Source of the DNA: Mobula hypostoma
Lineage: Eukaryota
Assembly (NCBI RefSeq): GCF_963921235.1
Contig: NC_086097.1
Location: 160,830,001 to 160,894,000 of the forward strand
Direction: 5' to 3'
Length of the DNA stretch: 64,000 nt
Made by a program: the position numbers and the translations under genes. The notes below the pieces were generated by a model, which worked only from the letters and a program-made list of their open reading frames with translations, had not been told where the DNA came from and made no database searches. Positions 25,462-39,300 of this stretch are shown here, piece after piece (position 1 is the stretch's first letter; every line of letters starts with the position of its first letter).

Positions 25462-27719
25462 GAAATGTGTTCAGATGATGATTTAACCAGGAGACAGATC
25501 AACATATGATATCGATACATGCATTATTTCTGTGTATTTCCATTAGTTCATGGGAAGGGGGTAATTAGCCCAGAAGAATTTGTTGGCTAATAATTGATCC
25601 CTGCATCTCATAACAAGGTTAAGTAAGGGCATGGAAATTTCAACTTTTGACCAAAGTAGCAATAATATCATGTTACAATTGCCGCACCAGGTTAACACAA
25701 TGGATGTGTTAGCACAGGCTGCTAGTCTCTCCTCTCCTTTTTATATTTTGTGTTTTTAAGTGTAATTGTTCCTTCAATTGTCTAGTATGATTCTGATGTA
25801 TGTGAGCACAAAGCAAATTCAGATCAAGATAATTTATCAGATTCTTCAAACCTCATTTTCAATTTAACAAGATCACAACTGATCAGATTCTAAACCCAGT
25901 TTCACATTCCAACCTACCTCCAGTAACTTTTCGAACCCTCACTTGTGCCAACTTTTGCATAATATTTTCAAATATTCTTCTGCTGCTATTCTTTGAGGAA
26001 GAGAGTTTGGGAATTGGAATTGGAACTGGAATGTTTTTATTATTGTCTCATGTACCAAGGTACAGTGTAAAACTTGTCTGTGTACTGTTCGTATAAATCA
26101 ATTCATTACATAATACTAGAACATGTACGTTTCTGAAATTCCTCAAGCCCTTTTTTATTGAGGCAAGCTGAAATCATAGTACATTTGTAAGAGGTACTCT
26201 TCAGGTAATGGAAGAAGGGAACTTTTGGATCCCAGAGATGGAAAGGTTTCTCAATATAGTTATGAACCATCCAAATATGCTTGGAATACACTTATTCCAG
26301 GGAGCTTATTTTTTTTATATGATCATCTCAGTGGACAGTGAGGATTTCTGTAATCAACTCGTATTTTGGGACGTTGTAGCCCTGCCTAAGCAGATGGTCA
26401 TAGTTGCAGGAAGAGCATGGCTAATTTTACATTCAATAACATGGACAGGAAGCTGTACAGTAAAGGCTGGTTGTGGTCCATGTACCTAGACTTAACTACA
26501 GTTTAATTTCCTCGAATGGCCAGAGAGGACCTAAAAAGCTTGATTAAATGGAAAATATACAGGGTGGGACTAATGGGCATCAACTTAGATAACCTCCTCT
26601 TTGCTCCTGTGCTTTTGCCCTTTCCGTCTGAGCCCCTGGGTTTTTGATTACCCACAAAATCGATGGAATTCACAAGGCCCTCTCAGGCTCAACGTGTCTG
26701 GATTCATTCCAAAACTCTTTGGAAGTGCAAAGTGGTCAGATAGCTGTTGAGGTAAAATCAATTAAAACAGCACTTCAGTGTGCAACGGAACACAGAATAA
26801 CTTCAGGTGAAACTTCACTGCAAGTCATTAGGACTGGCTTGTTACAGAATGATAATTTACTATTGCAGTAGCAAATTTAATTCAGGCTCTGATAATAAGC
26901 AAAGAAAATAAAGACAGAGCATCCAAGGAAGGAGAGGAGGTGTTGGAGAGTCGTGGAATTAACATCTTACCCCTGTATTGTCCGTTAAGATTTGTGTTTT
27001 GTTTCATTTGAAGGCTAAACCATTGGAACTGTACTGCTCCATTGTTACAGCATTCCTAATCCTCCAACCCCAAAAGGTAACTCCATTGTGACCATGTAAT
27101 GTTAAGATTGTATCAAAAGGCTAACATAGTCTCAGAAAGACTGTACTTATGGTGGAACGTGTTGAAGTCCTCCTAGCTCAGGTAATGGTGGGGCAGAGCA
27201 AAATTTATTGTAGGATCAAAGCAGAAGTTCTAATCACAAGTGATCATGGCTAGAGTAAAATAAAGAAAACACCTCAGCCGAGGATATTGCCTTCAGGACC
27301 AGTGACTTACTCTGTCCAGAAACCTTACCTGGGAGGATAGTCAGTCTGAGGTGGTCATGAGTGCATGAAGATTAGCTGACAGCATAGAGGACAGAGAAAA
27401 CATCAAAGAGTTCAGGAGCCACACAGCACAGAAACAGCCCTTCCTCCTAACAGTGTCCATGCTGAGTATCGAATCCTGTTTACCTGCATTTGATCCCTAG
27501 CCTTCAATGCCTTAGCAATTTAGCTGCATAGCTAGATGTTCCTTAAAACTTGTGAGAGTATCTCCATCCACAGCCTCTTTGTGCCGCACATTCAGGATTC
27601 CAAGCATTCTCTGTGTGTAAAAATTCTTTCTCGGATCCCATCTAACACCCCTTCCCTATCACCTTGTACTTGTTCATGTACGCCAGAGAACATCAGTGTG
27701 TCAGTCGCCATATTCAAGA

Positions 27720-28495
27720 GGACGAGAAGATAAAAGCAAGGATATAATGCTGAGGGTTTAAAGGGTGTTAGTCAGACCACATGTGGAGTATTGCAAGTCA
27801 TTTTAGGGCTCCATATCAAGGAAAGGATTTGCTGGCATTGGAAAGAATCCAGAGGAGGTGTATGAGAATGATCCCAGGAATGAAAGGATTGACATTTGAG
27901 GACTCCTGTACTCACAGAAGTTTAGAAGAATGAAGGGTAGTGGTGGTGGTGGGAGGGTGTGAGTGCAAGGATGTCCCTTTAGTACAGAGATGAGAAGGAA
28001 TGTCTTTAGCCAGAGAGTGTTGAATCTGTGGAATTCATTACCACAGATAGTAGTGGGCACTGAGTCCTGACGGAATGGTAGAGTAAGCTCAGTGGGCTGA
28101 ATGACCCAGCTCTGCTCCTGTGTCCAATGGTCTTATGCTCTAGGATAAGACTGGATATTCTAGGAGATGGTGACTAGTCACAATTGACATTAAATGGTGG
28201 AATCCATAGAATTATTAATGTACCGATGTACTAAGAGGTGCAAATCCACAGCTCCCTGAAAATGTCGCACAAGGAGAGAGAGTTGTAGATAGGCTGGTAA
28301 AGGAGGCACATGGCATGCTTGCCTTCATCAGTCAGGGCAGTGAGTATAAAAGTAAGGAAGTCAAGCTGTAGGTGAGCAAAATCTTGGTTATTGTGTGCAG
28401 TTCTGGTTACCACATTATAGGATGGATGTAGAGCCTTTTGAGAGAGTGCAGAGGAAGTTCACTGGAATGCAGCCTGGTTTGGAGAGTATTAACAC
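27720..28495 (+). mobile_element. Old CR1 3' fragments
   Basis: Degenerate copies of the CR1 C-terminal/3' UTR sequence also seen at 14100-14760 and 55700-56450. Confidence 0.6.
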
Positions 28496-29007
28496 TCACA
28501 ACATAAGATTATTTTTGTTCCTTAAACTGCTCACTGTCTGGTAGAAATCTGAGTAACTTTAGTGTAGGATCATTTGAATGCAAATTCAGTATTGGGCAGA
28601 AATAAGATCCTAATTTATACATTCAGGGAAAACAAAATGTTGAAACAACCAGGATATCTACAAGTTTCCCGTGTTAAAGCGGCATCTGTTTTGGCACCAA
28701 GTAAAATTTATTGTTTGGTTGTGGATTTTATGTAGTAAGCACAGGTAATTGTGAGTTGAATCTCACAAAATTCATTTTCTACACACCCATGGATTTTATG
28801 ACAGAAGTCTTAATGGATCCAGATTAACTTTCACTACAAGATGTTGGTAATCTTTCAGGAATAGCATATATTTAGAGTCAATTAGTTATACAGCAGAGAA
28901 ACAGTTCCTTCAGCCCATTGAGACTGCACTTGTTGATACTACTATCCCATTTTATTCATCCTATATTTTCATCAAGTCTCCCTAATCACCGGATTTTCGC
29001 GACACTG

Positions 29008-29175
29008 CCGTCACCTACACAGTAGGGATATCCCCTTCACCTACACACTCGGTAACCCCCTTCACCTACACCCTCGGGAACCCCCTTCACCTACACACTC
29101 GGGAACCCCCTTCACCTACACACTCGGGGAACACCCCCGTCACTGACACACGAGAATAATCTACACACTTGGGGC
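29008..29175. repeat. 25-bp minisatellite (ccccttcacctacacactcgggaac, about 4 good copies plus degenerate ones)
   Basis: 'ctacac' recurs at 29041, 29066, 29091 and 29116. Confidence 0.85.
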
Positions 29176-29550
29176 AATTCACAGGAGGACAATTTACTGT
29201 TCTCCCTGTGATCACATAAGTTTTGTCTGGTGCTCCTGTTCGCCCTAACACACCAAGCACATGCAGGTTAGAATGTAAATCAGCAACTGCAAGCTAGAAA
29301 CTGGAGAGATTTAATGGGAATGTGGGAAGTACAGGTTACAGGGAAAATTATTGATAGAGTGGGATTGCTCTATGAATCAGAACAGATGATGGCCTTTTTT
29401 GATGTAAGGGAATATAGAAAATAAATTTTTATTTTGAGGCGATATGCAATATGTTAGTAACAAAAAAGTCATCTATGCAAATCTAAAAAGTAAGAATCAA
29501 ATCGAGTTAAAGAAACTCATACCGGGAGCACAAATATGTAAATAATTAAA

Positions 29551-30340
29551 GCAACACACATCAAAGTTGCTGGTGAACGCAGCAGGCCAGGCAGCATCTC
29601 TAGGAAGAGGTACAGTCGACATTTCAGGCCGAGACCCTTTGTCCGGACTAACTGAAGGAAAAGCTAGTAAGAGATTTGAAAGTGGGAGGGGGAGGGGGAG
29701 ATCCAAAATGATAGGAGAAGACAGGAGGGGGAGGGATGGAGCCAAGAGCTGGACAGGTGATTGGCAAAGGGGATACGAGAGGATCATGGGACAGGACGTC
29801 CGGGAAGAAAGACGGGGGGGCGGGGGACCCAGAGGATGGGCAAGGGGAATAGTCAGCGGGACAGAGGGAGAAAAAGGAGAGTGAGAGAAAGAAAGTGTGT
29901 ACAAAAATAAATAACAGATGGGGTACGAGGGGAAGGTGGGGCATTAGCGGAAGTTAGAGAAGTCGATGTTCATGCCATCAGGTTGGAGGCTACCCAGACG
30001 GAATATAAGGTGTTGTTCCTCCAACCTGAGTGTGGCTTCATCTTTACAGTAGAGGAGGCCGTGGATAGACATGTCAGTATGGGAATGGGCTGTGGAATTA
30101 AAATGTGTGGCCACTGGGAGATCCTGCTTTCTCTGACGGAGAGAGCGTAGATGTTCAGCAAAGCGGTCTCCCAGTCTGCGTCGGGTCTTGCCAATATATA
30201 GAAGGCCACATCGGGAGCACCGAACTCAGTATATCACCCCAGCTGACTCACAGGTGAAGTGTCGCCTCACCTGGAAGGACTGTCTGGGGCCCTGAATGGT
30301 GGTAAGGGAGGAAGTGTAAGGGCATGTGTAGCACTTGTTC
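29551..30340 (-). mobile_element. 5'-truncated Penelope-like element (GIY-YIG end + pLTR)
   Basis: Highly similar to the reverse complement of 62470-63250. 15-bp TSD ATGTAAATAATTAAA (29536-29550, 30348-30362). Confidence 0.9.
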
Positions 30341-33189
30341 ATAATTAATGTAAATAATTAAATGTTATCTGGAGAGCCTCAAATCATTTTCTAAGGGATA
30401 TTAACCAAGGCACAAAAAAAAACCCACAGAGAAAGAATCCACTTACAGATTCTTTACAATAAAGTCGACTATGCAAGTATAGAATGTAAGAAGCAAGGAG
30501 AGATCAGAAAAACTGAGGTTATCACTCCAAACGGTAAGACATATATGACTGTGTTATTCTGGTTGGATCATGATTTAAGTCTGTAGTTTAACTTTAGAAA
30601 CAAATGTACGTAAAAATTTTTAAACACAGCTTAAAAGGATTCAAATAAATAGATAAAAGATATAAATTAGGTGAAGTGAGATGCAACTGTGGGTGATGTT
30701 ATTTTTCTTGAATTTATAGTGTACAATGAGTTTATATTCCTTGTTTATTTTCAGGGACAAGCTATGCCACCAACCTGATTGCTCTTCATCTTTCCTTTCC
30801 TTTCTTTAACGTGACATAAATTAAAATAAGCTTCTTCGCAGCAAAGAGAATGAATCCGTGAAAGGTCATTGGGATGACAGAGTTGCAATAAAACAGCTTG
30901 GATTTAGAGCTGACCTTTAAATAAATGCACTTGTCCCATATATTCTGCTTCGAGTTGGTCCCTTATGCTAGCAACATTGCACAAGGAGGTTGAAGAGGAA
31001 GGGAGAGAGATAGAAGTCATTAAGTTGGAATTAATTCTCAGGAAAATGGTACCTTTTCTTAATTAAAATTCTGAGAAATATTTTTCAGTGGAAAGTCTTT
31101 CATTTTTTTGTACATTGTAGAAAGATTAGAAGTAGTGAGGCAGTATTTTACTTTGCTCTGAGGTTTATCGGCTGCGGAAGCCTAATGACTGAAAGATTGG
31201 TCTGTTTGTCCATACTTGGAGCAGAATGTGAAGGAAGCAGAAATGTTTTTTTGATTGTTTACTTTAAATTAGTTCAGACTTTCCCTCAGTAAAGTAAGAT
31301 GTATTTTATGAAGGGCAAAACACAAGGTGCACTCAGAATCAAGGAATAACTCATAAATTTATCACGTAGCTGATAGCCTGATTCAGGAATTGATATATAA
31401 ATGTATGTATATGTATAAACACTGCTCAAGATTTCCTTAATGGAGTATGATTTTAAAAGTTCGCTAGACACAAAAAGGAATTCAAATCTGGCTTTTTGCC
31501 ATTTTGATTGGAAAGCAAAAAAGTATTAATATTCACCATCACTGGGAGCCTGAGGTTGAAAATGCATTAGTACAACTTGAAAAACTTACACTTGAAAACC
31601 AAGTAAACATTGAGTATTTTTTCCACATTTATGTGTGCCTTAAATAAAAATACAAAATGATGGGAACAATCAGCAAGTCAGGCAGCATATGGGACAGAGG
31701 AATTGAGTTAATGTTTTAGATTAGTGCGAGCTGCAACCAACTAGGTTTGCTTCACTGAAGCATGAAACAGGGAAACCTTGCAACACTCTCCTGTGAATCT
31801 TGGGACTGAAGCTCTTGTCTCTCTCTCCACAGCTTTTACATTCTTCACATCAAAGAGACAGCATGGAGCCCCAGATCTTAGTCTTTGTACTCGCATAGTG
31901 TACATGGGCTTTAACCTTGTTGGGCATTTGTTAAATAAGTGATATTGAGGAATGCATAGTGTGTGCATGTCTTCTTTCTCATTCTGTATGGATTGTTTCT
32001 TGGCTATTGTGTCGCTCTACCAGTGGTCTACAAGAGCTGTATAAGAAAGCAAATCAAGGCAGTTAGAACAAATTCTATTAAATGCTTCTCCATCAACTCA
32101 TCCATGTTCCCCAAGATGCCCACCTAAGCTCATCCCATCTGCCTGCATCTGTGATATATCCCTCTAAACCATTGCTATCCATGCACCTGTTCAAATGCCA
32201 CCACACTCAGCAATACTACCAATTATTGAAGTATTCATTCTGCTTACAGATTCTCTGCCTAAAGAGAGATTGGTTGCCCCCCACCAGTACCACTCTCTCA
32301 CTCAAGCCCCAGAATCCTCCTCCTTGAATGACAAAGTTTACTTGGATGAATTCAAAACAGCTTGAAATATTAAGACATTTTAACATCAGTTATTTAATCT
32401 CTTCTAATCCATGCCCAATCTCGGAACTTATCACTCTTTCCCTTTGAATGTCTTTATAAGGGCCTTGTATTTGAGATTTCAAATAATTGCTTTCACAACA
32501 AGACTGGAAGATACCGGAGATGAAGAAATGCAGAACAGAATTGGAGAAGAGATGGTGGGAAGATCTATGATATGGTGGAGGCTAGGAGTCATTAAACAGT
32601 TAACTGGAACTTGGGTAGCATGTGTTATTTATTGCTAACATTGCTCACAATGATTTTTTTATTGGTGACGTTCTATTGCCAAAGTAAGAACATAAGAAAT
32701 AGGAGCAGGAGCAGGCCATCTGGTCCATTAAGCCTGCTTCGCCATTCAGTAAGATCCCCAATGAAACTGATATTTGAATCCCATTAAAATTTTCTATAGT
32801 CAGTGTATTCAAATTATACACTTGATGAATTTATTGTTTCTTTCTGTAGGTTTCTACTAGTTGAAATAATTATTTTAATTATGTGAGCGAGTTACAGATG
32901 GGGGGGGGAGTTGATCTTTTTTGATTGTTTGGCTGAGCTATTATTAAGTGACGGATGGTTACAGTTCATAAGCAATATGTCTTTTTAAGTCCTAAGTAGA
33001 TACAATAAAACTGATATGGCTAGTGGAGTCTAGCTTTGTTTAACCTCCCAGGAAGAATACTTCAGGCTGAGAGAGATGCTAAGATAATTAACCATAGCGT
33101 CCACAGATTGCGTGAAGAAAGGGGATAGTCAGTTAGCATTTTCTGAATTATATTGCAGGCCAATATAAGATGTCAAATACAAGCAGCTG

Positions 33190-33940
33190 GAGGCTAGAGC
33201 AGAAATTGTGGAAGCCCTTGTGGAAGTATTTGCTTCATTGTTAACCAATAGTAAAATTGCTAAAGACCTGAAGGTACCTAATGTTGTTCCGTTGTTTAGC
33301 AAGGTCAGCCTGACATCAGTAGTCTGGAAGTTTCTGGAGAGAATCCTAAAGGAAAGGACCTACCAGCATTTGGATAGACGTGGTCTGATTTGGAGGAGTC
33401 ATTGTGGCATTGTGTATGGGAAGTGGTGCCTTATGGAAATCTTAGTTTTTTGTAGAGATAATCGACAAGGTAAATAAGGGTAGGGTGGTGGTTGTCCATT
33501 TGGATTTTAGCAAGGCCTTTGGAAGGTTAGGTCCCATAGCATCTAGGATGCAATAGTTAGGTGGATTTAAATTATGTCAGAGATAGGAAGCAGATGATTG
33601 CGGTTGAAGTTTGTTTCTCAGAATGGAGGCTGATGACTAGAGGTGTGCCACAATTGTCAGCGTTGGGACCCTTGTTATTCGTTATTTATACAGAAGATTT
33701 GAATGTGAATGCACAGGTCCTGATCAATTATGGAAGTGGGCTGAAGAGTGGCCAATTTTCCAGCTGGTCCAGATCCTATTGCAAGCTTTGACAGCTTTCC
33801 TCACCATCCACTGCTCCTCCAATCTTGGTGTATTCTGTAAATTCGTTGATCCAGTTTACCATATTATCATCCAAATCATTAATATAAATGACAAACAGCA
33901 ATAGACCCATCACCAATCCCTACAGCACAGCACTAGTCAC
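33190..33940. mobile_element. Old CR1 RT fragments with orientation switch near 33750
   Basis: Plus-strand 'PNVVPLF..VSLTSVV.KFLE' and 'RGVPQLSALGPLLFVIY', followed by reverse-complement RT sequence. Confidence 0.6.
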
Positions 33941-34199
33941 TTTTGGTTCTTTTGCCACTCAACTTCATTCTATGTCTGCCAGTTCTCTTAACTTTTTGGC
34001 AAACGGGAATAATTTATCTCCATTTATTCCGTCTATAATCTTCATGATTCTAAATACATCCTCACAAACTGCTCATCTTCCAAGGAGAAAAAAAACTACA
34101 TCTACAACAGTCTGCAAAAAATAACTGATATTGTTTTGTTGAATCTCTTCAGCACCCTCTCCAAGGTATTCACATTTTTCCGCAAGTGTAGCACTAGTA

Positions 34200-34921
34200 A
34201 GCTGGTGACCTTCATCTTATCTTTGATGTCATAATTATTGAACTTGACCTGAAGTACACAACTCCGAAATTCTTCTTCTCTAGATAGCCAAGAAACCAAG
34301 AAAGAAAGGAAAGGCAGCATTATTTTCAATCTCCCCAAATCCCTCCTCCTGCACAAAAAAAATGAACAAAAATAGTGCAGGCACATCAACCCCCAAATCC
34401 GTCTCTTCTGAACACAAAAAAACGCGAAAGATTGGGCAAAACACAGAATGCAAAAAGACCATAAGAATAAAAAGAAGTGCCCAGTCCAAACCTACATCCA
34501 AAACACAGAAAACCTAGGCGATATTCTCCCTCTCCGTAGCAGAGTGACCTCACCAGCGATTTAAAAATACAGTTTCCCCTTTCTATAGCAAAGTGATCTC
34601 ACCAGCATTTCAATCTCCCTTGTCACTTTAATCGGTGAACAATGGAAGGTTAAATTGGCAAAATGGAGTCAAATATCAGCTCACAGCCTTCACGCCACAG
34701 TTCCCACACACGGCTTCTGCCTGCCGAAATCCCCTCCAAGACTGTAGAACATTAAAACACCCAAAAGATCCCCAACCTGCAAATCACAGGCTCCAACGGT
34801 ACCAGAATCACATTCAAGGTGAAAACAAATGTAAAAGACATAAATGGAGGGAAGTATATGGTTTCATGATCTATCCAGAAGATGGCGACTGGAGGAGCAT
34901 TGTTTGCAGGTGCCATCTTGA
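34200..34921 (-). mobile_element. Non-coding dispersed retroposon
   Basis: Ends GCCATCTTG, like the 14846-15484 element. Its left end resembles 42885-43130 (…tcttct..agatagcca.gaaac.aag). Confidence 0.45.
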
Positions 34922-35048
34922 CTTGTCTGTTTGCTGCGAGGTTTGTGAAACACCTTCCCCTCTTACCTGTGTCAGTTTATTAGTCAATTGACCATTCAGG
35001 GGATTGTCACCTTATTTGATGTTCTGACCATCATCTTGATGGGAAATA

Positions 35049-36905
35049 CTGTGGCATGCAAAAGCCTGGGCACCCCTGGTCAAAATTTCTGTTACTGTGA
35101 ATAGCTAAACGAGTAAACGATGAACTGATTTCCAAAAGGCATAAAGTTAAAGGTGACACATTTCTTTAATATTTTTAGCAAGAAAACTTTTTTATTTCCA
35201 TCTTTTACAGTTTCAAAATAACAAAAAAGGAAAAGGGCCCAACACAAAAGTTTGGGCATCCTGCATGACAATACTTAGTAACACCCCCTTTGGCAAGTAT
35301 CACAGCTTGTAAATAGTTTTTGTAGTCAGCTAAGTCTTTCAATTCTTGTTTGGGGGATTTTCACCCATTCTTCCTTGCAAAAGGCTCCTAGTTCTGTGAG
35401 ATTCTTGGACCATCTTGCATGCACTGCTCTTTTGAGGTCTATCCACAGATTCTCGATGATGTTTAGATCAGGGGACTGAGAGGGCCATGGCAAAACCTTC
35501 AGCTTGCACCTCTTGAGGTAGTCCATTGTGGATTTTGAGGTGTGTTTAGGTTCATTATCCTGTTGTAGAAGCCATCCTCTTTTCATCTTCAGCTTTTTTA
35601 CAGATGGTGTGATGTTTACTTCCAGAATTTGCTAGTATTTAATTGAATTCATTCTTCCCTCTACCAGTAAATATTCCCCGTGCCACTGGTTGCAACACAA
35701 GCCCAAAGCATGATTGATCCACCCCTGTGTTTAACAATTGGAGAGGGTTCCTTTTCATGAAATTCTGCACCCTTTTTTCACCTTTGCTCATTGCGGCCAA
35801 AAGGTTCTATTTTAATTTCATCAGTCCACAGGACTTGTTTCCAAAATGCATCAGGTGTGTTTAGATGTTCCTTTGAACCTTTTGAATAGAACTTTTTGGC
35901 CACAATGAGTGATGCACTATCAATTACTCCAAAAGACTGGAAGTAGAGTAAATACTGAAAGGCTTTTATTAACAGTAAATGGTCCAACGTCCATGCTGAG
36001 TATCTGCCCCGGACAGAGGGAGGAGCAGTGGCACAATCGCCCTTATTCAGGGGTCTGTGGGAGGAGCCACAGGAGCAGTCAGCAGTGGGGCGTGTCCAGG
36101 CATGTCCAGACAGGTAACCCAATTACAACATATATATATATGGTTTACCACAATGAACAAAGGTATGCTTGGAGAAAAAAGGGTGCAGAATTTCATGAAA
36201 AGCACCCCTCTCCAACTGTTAAGCACGGGGGCGGATCGATCATGTTTTGGGCTTGTGTTGCAGCCAGTGGCACGGGAAACATTTACTGGTAGAGGGAAGA
36301 ATGAATTCAATTAAATACTAGCAAATTCTGGAAGTAAACATCACACTGTCTGTAAAAAAGCTGAAGATGAAAAGAGGATGGCTTCTACAACAGCATAATG
36401 ATCCTAAACACACTTCAAAATCCAGAATGGACTATCTCAAGAGGCACAAGCTGAAGGTTTTGCCATGGCCCTCACAGTCCCCTGACCTAAGCATCATCAA
36501 GAATCTGTGGATAGACCTCAAAAGAGCAGTGCATGCAAGACAGTCCAAGAATCTCACAGAACTAGAAGCCTTTTGCAAGGAAGAATGGGCGGAAATCCCC
36601 CAAACAAGAATTGAAAGACTCTTAGCTGGCTACAGAAAGTGTTTACAAGCTGTGATACTTGCCAAAGGGGGTGTTACTAAGTACTGCCATGAAGGGTGCC
36701 CAAACTTTTGCTTCGGTCCCTTTTCCTTTTTTGTTATTTTGAAACTGTAAAAGATGGAAATAAAAACGTTTTCCTGCCTAAAATATTAAAGAAATGTGTC
36801 ATCTTTAACTTTATGCCTTTTGGAAATCAGTTTGTCTTTTACTCGCTTAGCTGTTCACAATAACAGAAATTTTGACTGGGGTGCCCAAACTTTTGTAGAC
36901 TTTTG
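35049..36905. mobile_element. Fold-back Tc1 (DD34E) derivative: two inverted 3' halves
   Basis: Left arm (-) encodes 'LWTDE...QQDNEPKH...WPSQSPDLNIIENLW' with 34 residues between D and E. The right arm (+, ~35885-36905) encodes the same region. Termini CTGTGGCATGCAAAAG...GGCACCCC / GGGGTGCCCAAACTTTTG, flanked by TA. Confidence 0.9.
35910..36152 (-). mobile_element. Solo LTR (243 bp) inserted in the Tc1
   Basis: TG...CA ends, 5-bp TSD ATGAG/ATGAA (35905-09, 36153-57), TATA-like and AATAAA signals on the minus strand. Removing it restores Tc1 'ggccacaatgagcaaagg', matching the other arm. Confidence 0.85.
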
Positions 36906-38479
36906 TATCTGTGTTTATCAGTGTTCTGAAGTACTGAGGAATGGGTTTCTCTCTGGCAATGATATTAGCATGAACATTTCCAAAGCCTTCAATTTTCTGT
37001 TTCTATGTTTGTTGGTCTGTATACATCTTGTTGAAGTCTGTCATTTTCTTCCTCACTGTTTGTGTCATCTGGAAAAATGAAAATTGTGCTCTCCACCACC
37101 CAGTCCAGATTGTGAACATACATACTGAGAAAAGCAATGAGCCCAGTGCTGTCTCTGGGGAGCCTTCCTCCAGTCTTGGAAAAAAAAACCTCAGATCATA
37201 AGTAGTCTCCGTTAAACTATTGTGACAGATAAAATGAAGTAATGTCTAACACAGATGCAATAAAAATGTGAAAGTTGGGATGGGAATTGGGGGATTAAAG
37301 AGAATGTAGAATACCACAGACTTCAATAGTGAGATTGTATAAATATGCTATCAATCGCTTTAGATTAACACAGGAAGAAAGGAAGGCTTCATTCCTCAGG
37401 AAGGGATCCTGCTTCCTTTCCAGTCCTGAAGAAGGGTCTCAGCGCGTAATGTCGATTGTTTATTCTTTTCCACAGATGCTGCCTGGCCTGCTGATTCCTC
37501 CAGCATTTCGTGTGTGTACTCTGGATCTCCAGCATCTGCAGATTTTCTTGTGTTTATGGTTCTCTAAGTCTGTTCAGTCTTTGAGAGGGAGGAAAGGAGG
37601 GAGAAAGGAGAGATGATGAGCAGTGAAAAAAGGAATGTGATAATTAAGTCAATCAAAATCAAAGAGGATAAAATCTCTTGACAAATGAACCTCTACATCC
37701 ATGCATCTTAAAATAATAATTTGGAGAGGTATGGCATCTGAAGAACTTGGGATAGCAATTGTAATATTTATATTCAAGATTTTCCTGGGAAATACAGACT
37801 AGTCAACTTAACAATGGAGGCAAGAGAAATTTCTCCCACTTAAGGAGAATATCTAATGATAAAAATATAACAGTGACTAAGATTTCAAAAGGGAAAATAT
37901 GTGATTTCTTGAGGAAGTAACAGGGAACAAACAATGGTAATATGCTAAAATTCATCTAGATTTTCAACAAGTCTCTGAAGCATGATTGCAACTGGACTAG
38001 GGTTTTTATTCTCTGAGTTTAATTAATTTATTTGATATATCAGTTTTCTATTCTGTTTGAAATGCACTTATTTCACTACTTGTCTCAACATCCAATATCA
38101 TGTCCTCCTGTCCTGCCTCTCAAGTATATGCTGGACAATGAAATAACGATTTAATAGTTTGGTTTTGTCTAGAGAAAATGAATACTATGACCACTCATGA
38201 ACTGTGCTTCTTGTGTGACTCCAGTTCTGGGATGGGAATGTACTCTCTGTGGGAGGGGCTGAACTCTCCTGGGGGGGGCAGAAATTATATCCTGGGAGAA
38301 TTACACTAGCTGGGGGGGGGGATGATTGTACTCTGGGAGCATCTGTATTCTGTTGGGGTGGTACTGTACACTCTTCACATTCTTTATGCCCCCTGACACC
38401 TGGAACTTAATGCTAGAGTCTTCCATAGTGAAGACTAACTCAAAATATTTATTCAGTGCCTCTGTAATTCCCTTCACTC

Positions 38480-39300
38480 CACTTTAGTACTGATACAGTA
38501 TTATTTGACTTCAGCTTCTCCTTCTCATGTTTCAGGGTGAATTTGATCATATTATGATCACTTACCCCTGGGGTTCTTTTACTTTAAGCTCTTGAATCAA
38601 TCCTGTTTCATTGCACAATATCCAATCCAGAATAGCTGATCCCCTAGTGGGCTCAACCACAAGCTGCTCTAAAAAGCCATCTCGTAGCTACTCTATAAAA
38701 TCCCCCTTCTAGAATCCAGTATCAACCCAATTTCCCCAATCTACCTGCATTTTGAAGTCCCCCTTGACTATTGTAACAGTGTCCTTTTGCCATGCATTTT
38801 CTATTCCCATTGTACTTTGTAGGCCACATCCTCACTGCTGTATGGGGTTCTGCATATAACTCCCATCAGGGTCTTTTTACCATTGCAGTTCCTTAGCTCT
38901 ATCCACAGTGATTCAACACCTTCTGAGCCTATGTCACTTCTTTCTGATGACTTCATTTCATTTTTACCAGCAGAACAATGCTGCTCCCTCTGCCTTTCTA
39001 CCCGTCCTTTTGATACAATGTGTAGCCTGGGACATTATGCTCCCAGCTATAATCTTCTTTCAGCCATGTTTCAGTGATGCCTACAACATCATACTTGCCA
39101 ATCTGCAACTGTGCTGCAAGTTCATCTACCTTATTCCATATACTGCACATATTCAAATACAACACATTCAGTCCTGTATTCACCTTTTTCAATTTTGTTC
39201 CTCCTTTTATGTTTCAACTCATCCTGTTGGCTACAATTTTACTCTATCAAAAGCCTTTCCTCTCTACACGATCCCTCTGTTTGTAAACCAGCTACCTCAT
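38480..39300 (-). mobile_element. CR1 ORF2 APE endonuclease fragment
   Basis: 'LNVLYLNMCSIWNKVDELAAQLQIGKYDVVGITETWL' (38998-39192). Confidence 0.8.

Noticed and set aside
29008..29175. Possible CRISPR-like array
   Set aside because: Units are contiguous with no unique spacers, and the context is eukaryotic.
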